Shown piece after piece: positions 8,221 to 14,392 of a DNA stretch of 14,392 nt. The notes beneath the pieces are model-generated. The model had not been told where the DNA came from. It saw only the letters and a list, made by a program, of their open reading frames with translations, and ran no database searches. Location of the stretch: assembly GCA_043732185.1 (NCBI GenBank), contig JAYTHY010000037.1, positions 1-14,392 on the forward strand. The letters run 5' to 3'. The translations under genes and the position numbers were made by a program. Position 1 is the stretch's first letter. Every line of letters starts with the position of its first letter. The DNA is from Fibrobacteria bacterium. Its GTDB lineage: Bacteria > Fibrobacterota > Fibrobacteria > UBA11236.

Positions 8221-10257
8221 TTAAATAGAAACGCCTTCCGGTGGGGGCATGGGTCCCGGCTCACGAAAAATCCACTTTCGATGCGACATGTGCACGGGAA
8301 CGATCAGCACCCGCTCCCGGTACTTGATCACGGTCTCCGAAAATATCACGCCGCGGATTAGAAGCTCACAAATGCCGTTGTGGTAGAGTCGCTTGGAAAG
8401 CTCCCCAAGCGCGCTCCGCAAGGATTCCATCCAAATGTTGAGGTTTTCCATGGCGCCTACTGTGCGTTTTTTAAGCAGCAGAATTTCATCGGAGTGGCTG
8501 CGACGCATACGCAACAGGCGGGCCAGCTGGTCGTCCATATCACGGAGGAAATCCAAATCCTGGGAATGGGAAATAAGCTGTTTACTTTTAGCGGCAATCT
8601 CCTTTTCAACTTCAAAATCCTTTCCCAATTCCAGAATGGTCTTTCCCCCGGCATCAGAACCGACATTGAAAAGGTCCATGCTTTCACCCGCTAAAAGGTG
8701 ACTCCCGAGTACCGAATATTTTCCGTATTTCATGGTAATGGTTTTGCGGGCCATCAGTTGACTATTGATTATTTCATTGTAGACCACGATATGAGAATTC
8801 GATTCGATGCGCTGATTATGCAAATACCCGATGGTAACAGAACTGAGCCGCGATTTGATGATCCCATGTCCGAGTCCGTTGACACCGCCTTTGATGATTA
8901 TAGCCCCATCTGAACGGATAAAACTGTCTTCGACCGTGCCCACCACTTCAACATCACCAACTGCCTGAATGGCCATATTGTTATGCACGTCGCCGGCAAC
9001 TTTCACCGCCCCGGGAAATTCAATATTACCGGTTTTTAGAGATACGTCACCGGCAACATCCAGCACTTCCACAACTTCGGGTACACCATTTTTTACCGCC
9101 AGGCGCCCGGATTTCAAGGCCACCAAGTAAAGGGGATCGATTCCTTCAAAGCCAGTATTCAGTCCAGGCTCGGCGGCGAATGGTTTTGGCTTTGGCGCCG
9201 GAATGAGCTCTCCATGCACATTCATGCCCGGCTCACCGGCTTGCGGTGGATGGACTTCGGCCAAACGCGTGCCTTTGGATACAGTACGGAAGTATGAAAA
9301 GTTTTTGAAATCAATACTGCCATCGATTCCGGGAAGTGGAACTTCGGGCTCTGGATCAATGATCATCTGCGCGTGACCATGCACGCCCTCCAGCGGTGGC
9401 CGTCCTTGCGAAACTAGGACCGTTATAGGCAAATGATTTTGGTTGAACCGATCCAATACGGATTGTATTTCTGCAACCGGTAACATACATTTGACATTTT
9501 GGTCCTGCAGCGCGGACTGAACCATGTCCATGGTAACGGACCAGTCATTCAGGTAATTGCCGCCAAGAACTAGGTTCGCGGTCATTTTATCGGTGGCTAC
9601 CACAACTTGACAGGTCGGCAAACTATCGGCGCCCAAGATTTTAAGTGCGCCATCTTCGACGATTAATGCACCTTCGCAAACAGCGATAAGTTTTTTCTCT
9701 TTGAGGAATAACGATTTTCCAAAAACGGGTAGTCGTTCGCTCAAAGGTAAAAACGGGATTGGGGATCCGAAAACATCTCTACCCCGGACGCCGCCTGCAA
9801 CGGACTGGAAGCTGAGCACCGTGGCCCCCGACGAAACCCAATAGGCCGGATCGATGGATTCTCGAATGCCGCCAAAGCCCCAAGCATCGGCCTTTCGACG
9901 CAATTCGGAAATTGCCTCAGCATTAGTCAAATAGGAATGATGAAAGGTCAAGCCCAGCGGTTCTTCATGCAAGGGTTGGCCACCCTGGGCAATCTCCATG
10001 CTTTGCACCGATTCAACATCCTTCACTTTAGTCTCATCGGTTGCGGCGGAAAGCGTTTCTGAAATCCATCTCAGGACATCAAGGCGGAGACTTTTAGGAT
10101 CCAATCCCTGCGATTCCAGATACACCTTTAGGCGCTCAGGGCCATCCGCTCCGGAAGGCCCGAGCCATTTGGAACGCCATTCCATCGGGCTAAAACCTTC
10201 AACGCGCAAAGTGGCACTCAGCGCATCACCGGATGCAGCAATGCTAAACTTGAGCAC
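8221..10257 (-). CDS. FapA family (DUF342) protein with extra N-terminal module
   Basis: 678 aa. GRPPLEGVHG, GSIDFKN, PPQAGEPGMNVHGELIPA, VAGDVSLKTGNIEFPG, KTILELGKDF and a coiled coil. The start overlaps the upstream receiver gene by 14 nt. Confidence 0.88.
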   Translation of the reverse strand: MLKFSIAASGDALSATLRVEGFSPMEWRSKWLGPSGADGPERLKVYLESQGLDPKSLRLDVLRWISETLSAATDETKVKDVESVQSMEIAQGGQPLHEEPLGLTFHHSYLTNAEAISELRRKADAWGFGGIRESIDPAYWVSSGATVLSFQSVAGGVRGRDVFGSPIPFLPLSERLPVFGKSLFLKEKKLIAVCEGALIVEDGALKILGADSLPTCQVVVATDKMTANLVLGGNYLNDWSVTMDMVQSALQDQNVKCMLPVAEIQSVLDRFNQNHLPITVLVSQGRPPLEGVHGHAQMIIDPEPEVPLPGIDGSIDFKNFSYFRTVSKGTRLAEVHPPQAGEPGMNVHGELIPAPKPKPFAAEPGLNTGFEGIDPLYLVALKSGRLAVKNGVPEVVEVLDVAGDVSLKTGNIEFPGAVKVAGDVHNNMAIQAVGDVEVVGTVEDSFIRSDGAIIIKGGVNGLGHGIIKSRLSSVTIGYLHNQRIESNSHIVVYNEIINSQLMARKTITMKYGKYSVLGSHLLAGESMDLFNVGSDAGGKTILELGKDFEVEKEIAAKSKQLISHSQDLDFLRDMDDQLARLLRMRRSHSDEILLLKKRTVGAMENLNIWMESLRSALGELSKRLYHNGICELLIRGVIFSETVIKYRERVLIVPVHMSHRKWIFREPGPMPPPEGVSI

Positions 10258-10717
10258 TCACGGCCTCTTCAATTCGCGCCAACACTTCTAACAATTTGGC
10301 TTTATCCTTGCTCTGCAAGGCTGGGGGCAGGCGGATAAACTCTACGGTTTTTTGAACTTGACGCAAATCCAGCGGCTTGGAAAGGCAGGCAATTACATTG
10401 GGGAACCGAGAGAATTCTTGTTTTCTCAATTCCAATTCACGAGCCGGCATAAACAAAACCAGTGGTGTGTTGACACCTGCTCTTTTAAGTCCTTTCACAA
10501 TCCTCAGGCCATCAATAGTCGGCTCTCGAAGACTTAAGAGAATTAAAGAATAATTTTGAACCAAAGCTAAGTGAAGCCCCTGTGCGCCGGATTCAGTGTT
10601 TTCCCAGATCATACCCTGATTCTGAAATGTGTTTTCCAGCAATCTAAGGATGGCCCCAGGATAATCGATATGAAGAACCCGAGGCATTTCCTTGTCGGGT
10701 GGCGAGGTTGTTTCCAC
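10244..10717 (-). CDS. Atypical (pseudo) receiver domain protein
   Basis: REC-fold pattern RVLHID..SGAQGL..YSLILLSL..PTIDGL..TPLVLF..LSKPLD, with Ser at the phospho-Asp position. Start is either GTG 10717 or ATG 10687. Confidence 0.8.
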   Translation of the reverse strand: METTSPPDKEMPRVLHIDYPGAILRLLENTFQNQGMIWENTESGAQGLHLALVQNYSLILLSLREPTIDGLRIVKGLKRAGVNTPLVLFMPARELELRKQEFSRFPNVIACLSKPLDLRQVQKTVEFIRLPPALQSKDKAKLLEVLARIEEAVSAQV

Positions 10718-10781
10718 CCAAAAATTAAATCACAAAGGGCTGGTATAAGTCAATGATATTAAGGAAACCGACCGTTGGAAG

Positions 10782-10790
10782 TGATATAAT
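10782..10790 (+). promoter_or_regulatory. Extended -10 promoter element (TGaTATAAT)
   Basis: Exact TGnTATAAT match in the divergent region, 10 nt before ATG 10801. Confidence 0.45.
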
Positions 10791-10800
10791 GGCAGGGCGA

Positions 10801-11301
10801 ATGAAAGAAGCCGTGGTCCGGGATCTCATTGGAAACAACCTGGTTCGCCTCATGGGAGGTGGCTTGCAGGATATTTATCCGGATAGTTATGCAGGGTTGT
10901 CCGTACCATCCGAAAACTTGATCGTCATCGACTCACCCATAGTCCTGTCCCAGCTCGCATTTTCACCGGCATCACAGATTCTTTCCTTTCTGATTATGGA
11001 AACCGATTCCATTTTACGCCTAGGCAAGCGGATGTTCCCGGACCGAAGTAAGGAAGATGCCCTCAAACTTGTGGTTTCCGCCAATGCTGAAATATTGAAC
11101 TTCGTCTCTTCGCGATTGGCCTGGCTGCTTTCCAAACTGGAAAATGTCGCCAACACGGAAATATCTCCGCCAAAAGTCGGGAGTTACCAAGGGAACCAAG
11201 CCTACCGGATTCGCGCGGAAGAAGGTGTCTGCTTCGATTTTACATGTTCACCACAAAAACTGGCCTTCCGATATGCAGCTTGCATTCAGATCCTTGACTG
11301 A
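10801..11301 (+). CDS. CheX/CheC-family-like phosphatase
   Basis: SANAEILNFV...TEISPPKV fits S-x3-E-x2-N..P, and the gene lies directly upstream of cheY. In-frame starts at 10753, 10789 and 10801; 10801 preferred because it follows the extended -10. Confidence 0.65.
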   Translation: MKEAVVRDLIGNNLVRLMGGGLQDIYPDSYAGLSVPSENLIVIDSPIVLSQLAFSPASQILSFLIMETDSILRLGKRMFPDRSKEDALKLVVSANAEILNFVSSRLAWLLSKLENVANTEISPPKVGSYQGNQAYRIRAEEGVCFDFTCSPQKLAFRYAACIQILD

Positions 11302-11353
11302 ACAGCACGGCATGGAAAAGGTGTGGAGGTAATGATGAAGAAAAGAGGAGCCC

Positions 11354-11746
11354 ATGGCTAATTCCGTGGTCATTGTGGACGATTCGATGTTCCAGATCCA
11401 ACAGCTCAGTCGGTACTTTAAGGATGTGCTTGGGTTCACCATCAGCGGGACGGGTGAGAACGGCGAAGAAGCCATCAGTTTGTATCGTCAGCATCGACCG
11501 GATTTATTAACCATGGATCTGACCATGCCCACCTTAGACGGACGTGGCGCACTGCTGCAGATTTTGGAAGAGTTCCCAAAAGCAAAAATCCTGGTTATCT
11601 CAGCCGTTAAAGGACCGCTGCTATTGGATTGTCTGGCACTCGGAGCCAAAAGCTATGTTGAAAAACCCCTAAGATTTGATAAGGCCGATTTCGTCAAGGA
11701 TTTTAAATTGACGGTGGAGGAGATCCTGGGATCTCCCGAGGCCTAA
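11354..11746 (+). CDS. cheY: Single-domain response regulator, CheY-like
   Basis: VVIVDDS, LLTMDLTMPTLDG (phospho-Asp intact), ILVISA, YVEKP; GAGGAG SD upstream. Confidence 0.9.
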   Translation: MANSVVIVDDSMFQIQQLSRYFKDVLGFTISGTGENGEEAISLYRQHRPDLLTMDLTMPTLDGRGALLQILEEFPKAKILVISAVKGPLLLDCLALGAKSYVEKPLRFDKADFVKDFKLTVEEILGSPEA

Positions 11747-11770
11747 AAGCCAAGTTCGAGTGAATATCCA

Positions 11771-13297
11771 ATGGATGCCGGCAGTTCCGATTTTTTCCTG
11801 ATCAACTTGGATGCGTCGGTCACCCCTGCAGCCGCTATGGCTGGATTGGCGACAGGAGGGCCGCCGGTCGATCGATTAACACTTGGCCAAGCGATGGGGC
11901 TCTCACCACAGCAAGTGTTGCAGTTTACCAAGTGGCTCGATTTGGTACGCGCCAGACATCGCAATATACGCTGGGAAAAGTTGGCAACTCTCGCACCCAT
12001 TCTGGATATTGCGGTGGGTCCGCACAATGAAGGCCGCCGTTTGCAATTGTTGTATCGAAAGCTACTGGATCGTGATGAAAATCTCACTGCCATACTTGTA
12101 ATGGGAATCGATGCGACACCCGGACGATTGACTCAAGTGCAATTGGAAGAGGAAAAGCAACGGCACAAACTGGAAATCCGAGATGTGCTGGCCTTATCCA
12201 GTAATCCACCGGAAACTTTAGGCGCTTTTCTAAACGACGCTGGACAGCGTCTGGAGCACTCTCGCCAAGCATGGGACGCCTATCTCAACTCGTATAAAGT
12301 CAGCACGGCTGCAAAGGCTGGATTGTGGCGTGCGTTGAGCGGTACCACCGAAACCACCGGCCAGCATTTGTTTCGGGAATTGCATATGATAAAGGGCAAT
12401 GCCGGTGCATTTGGATTTGATGGCCTGGCTGCACTAGCCCAGCATAGCGAAAACCTACTGGAAGGATTGAAAAATCCCGCGACGGTAACGGACCTAACGC
12501 TGGCTGAACTCACCTCGGCACTGACTGAATTGCGCATCCAGCTGGAAGAAATTCGCCGTGCGCTCAAACAAGTGGCCGGAGAGGGCCAGGATGCCATGAC
12601 CCGCATCCTCAAATGGAAAATGGATCGTCTTTCCATCGCAGCCGCAGATGTGAATACCGCGAAACTCGATCCCCAATTGCTCAGCCTAGTGGAAGCCACC
12701 CGTCGCCTTCCCTTCTTGAGCCCCAACTTTCTAGCCCGCAAATACCTGAACCTGGTGGAACGCATTGCCTTAAATCTAGGGAAGCGCGTTTTGTTCCGAG
12801 TGGCCAGCAATACGGGAGATATTCACCCCGAGGCCTTTTCCAGAGTGGATGAGGCACTGGTGCATATCCTCAGAAATATGGTTGACCATGGTATAGAAAC
12901 CCCTGCTGAACGCGTAGCAACGGGCAAGGGCGTGGCTGAGATCGAATTGGAATATGTAACGGAAGAAGATCGAGTTTTCCTCCGCATTCGGGATGATGGT
13001 CACGGCATGGACGCAAATGCCATTGCCGATCGAGGCGTTGCATTGGGCCTTGTCACCAGGACTCAGGCGGACGCATTGGATGAGGTGGGCAAGCTTGGAT
13101 TAATTTTCTTGGAACGCTTCACCACCCGGCATGCAGCCGATTTGATTTCCGGGAGAGGCCTGGGTTTGGCCTTGGCCGCCCGCTGTGTGTCTGATCAAGG
13201 CGGTAACATCTATGTCTTCTCTCGACTGGGTGAGGGCACACGATTCGCAATTGAATTGCCCCACATTGGCAAAAAAATGGCGCCGGATATTGCATAA
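11771..13297 (+). CDS. CheA-like class II histidine kinase: PAS-like + Hpt + HATPase, lacking a CheW (P5) domain
   Basis: Hpt motif LFRELHMIKGNAGAFG; N box LVHILRNMVDHGIE; G1 DDGHGM; G2 ISGRGLGL; GEGTRFAIELP followed by a stop about 11 codons later. Confidence 0.88.
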   Translation: MDAGSSDFFLINLDASVTPAAAMAGLATGGPPVDRLTLGQAMGLSPQQVLQFTKWLDLVRARHRNIRWEKLATLAPILDIAVGPHNEGRRLQLLYRKLLDRDENLTAILVMGIDATPGRLTQVQLEEEKQRHKLEIRDVLALSSNPPETLGAFLNDAGQRLEHSRQAWDAYLNSYKVSTAAKAGLWRALSGTTETTGQHLFRELHMIKGNAGAFGFDGLAALAQHSENLLEGLKNPATVTDLTLAELTSALTELRIQLEEIRRALKQVAGEGQDAMTRILKWKMDRLSIAAADVNTAKLDPQLLSLVEATRRLPFLSPNFLARKYLNLVERIALNLGKRVLFRVASNTGDIHPEAFSRVDEALVHILRNMVDHGIETPAERVATGKGVAEIELEYVTEEDRVFLRIRDDGHGMDANAIADRGVALGLVTRTQADALDEVGKLGLIFLERFTTRHAADLISGRGLGLALAARCVSDQGGNIYVFSRLGEGTRFAIELPHIGKKMAPDIA

Positions 13298-13314
13298 GGA
13301 ATGAGGAGCCAAAA

Positions 13315-13347
13315 GCATTCCAAGCGACAAGCCCCTGCATTCCAAGC
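13315..13347. repeat. Perfect 11-bp direct repeat GCATTCCAAGC, two copies, 22-bp period
   Basis: Copies at 13315-13325 and 13337-13347 in the convergent intergenic gap. Confidence 0.8.
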
Positions 13348-13355
13348 CTTGACTT

Positions 13356-13844
13356 TTACACCGATTCTCCCAGGTAAAAGTCGTTCAGAATATCCGCATC
13401 GACCTCTGACTGGGTGGAAACATTTTGCAATCTGGCAGCCAAAACACGTGGGAAGAAGTCCACATTAGACAACTCGAAAATATCCAACCACACAAGCCCC
13501 ACTTGCCCTTCGTCGGGAGCCAAAGGATGGGTTTCAGGCGCTTCCATCAGGCGGACGTCAAAAAAGAAATTCACGAAATGTCGTCCCTTATGCACGGAGC
13601 GGAAATCGTGGTTGTCGCCCACATATTCCTGAACGTAACGCAGTCGGCCAACGGCAACCAAGGCGCCCAGCTCTTCCCTGCATTCCCGTAATACCGTAGC
13701 GTTCAAAAGCTCTCCTGGATTCTGTCCTCCTCCGGGTAGCACGTAAAATGTGCCGATGTCTCCGACTTTTTTAAGGCAGAGGATCCGGCCAGCTTGAATG
13801 ATCATGGCCTTGGCGGCATATCGAATTGTTATGGAAGTTGACAT
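13356..13844 (-). CDS. Nudix hydrolase
   Basis: Nudix box LPGGGQNPGELLNATVLRECREELG. Confidence 0.92.
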   Translation of the reverse strand: MSTSITIRYAAKAMIIQAGRILCLKKVGDIGTFYVLPGGGQNPGELLNATVLRECREELGALVAVGRLRYVQEYVGDNHDFRSVHKGRHFVNFFFDVRLMEAPETHPLAPDEGQVGLVWLDIFELSNVDFFPRVLAARLQNVSTQSEVDADILNDFYLGESV

Positions 13845-13896
13845 AAGTAATTATTTTCTTTCCCGTTTGTCATGAAAATGCTAAAATAATACCATC

Positions 13897-14392
13897 ATGA
13901 AGCTTTCCAATCCCAGTTCAACCACCAAGACTTCAGCACCCAAGACCTTAGTTTGCGTGCACGGTAATGCCGCGCATCCCGAATACCCGGAACATATCAA
14001 TGAGGTCTCAAGAAAAGGCTGGGGCACAACTTTTTGGGGCAAGGAAGACACGGTCAATTGGTTTCACATTCCCTTATCTGTGCCAACGATTGGCGCAGGC
14101 CCTCGCCCCCGACTAAATAAGGTTTTTTTCTATTTCCACAACACTTCACGATCGCCGATTACGGCGGTGCATATTTATGATGGGCCAAGAGTGATCAAAA
14201 CTTTTGACGGTCTCAGATTAGCTGGAGACCATGCCCGCGTTCTCGATCGGTCGAATAGCTTTTCCCTAAACCCAGCCGTTGACATTGTGTTTGGGTTGGG
14301 GCTTTCCGTAAAAGTTGAATTCCCCGCCGCCCCAGAACCTGCTCCACCTCGCTGGATTCTTTTTACCGCTGCCGGAGCCGAGTTCACAATTT
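13897..14392 (+). CDS. Hypothetical protein resembling DUF6623; stop codon lies beyond the window edge
   Basis: Manual translation gives 165 open codons: MKLSNPSS..VHGNAAHPE..RKGWG..NWFHIPLSVP..VHIYDG..GLGLSVKVEF..FTAAGAEFTI. The family name is recalled from motif resemblance and is unverified. Confidence 0.7.
   Translation, partial: MKLSNPSSTTKTSAPKTLVCVHGNAAHPEYPEHINEVSRKGWGTTFWGKEDTVNWFHIPLSVPTIGAGPRPRLNKVFFYFHNTSRSPITAVHIYDGPRVIKTFDGLRLAGDHARVLDRSNSFSLNPAVDIVFGLGLSVKVEFPAAPEPAPPRWILFTAAGAEFTI

Noticed and set aside
11325..11361. GGAGGT followed by mini-ORF MMKKRGAHG overlapping the cheY start
   Set aside because: SD spacing is only 1-4 nt and cheY has its own SD; probably incidental in purine-rich sequence.
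12280..12810. 176-aa antisense ORF, and the many other 60-140 aa antisense or alternate-frame ORFs
   Set aside because: They are shadows of well-supported genes and show no recognisable motifs.
13315..13347. Mini CRISPR array
   Set aside because: Repeat and spacer are only 11 bp, there are two copies, and no cas genes are present.
14175..14387. 70-aa minus-strand ORF
   Set aside because: Antisense to the longer, more protein-like plus-strand ORF from 13897.

Overview
Gene-dense bacterial chromosomal region dominated by signal-transduction and motility-associated genes. The modular architecture of the first ORF resembles Fibrobacterota-type proteins, but this taxonomy is only an inference. 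In order: a modular exported-type protein with a degenerate M23-like domain; an FHA-GAF-class III adenylate cyclase; a secreted hypothetical protein; a FapA/DUF342 protein; an HD-GYP protein whose HD motif reads SD; a lipoprotein; a CheX/CheC-like phosphatase; on the minus strand a pseudo-receiver overlapping a second, N-terminally duplicated FapA; divergently a CheX-like/CheY/CheA-like (no CheW domain) trio; a Nudix hydrolase; and an ORF missing from the supplied track (13897 to window end, DUF6623-like). No rRNA, tRNA, CRISPR array or mobile element was seen. The best candidate for an undescribed system is the receptor-less chemotaxis-like phosphorelay clustered with two FapA paralogues, each next to a degenerate-looking signalling protein.
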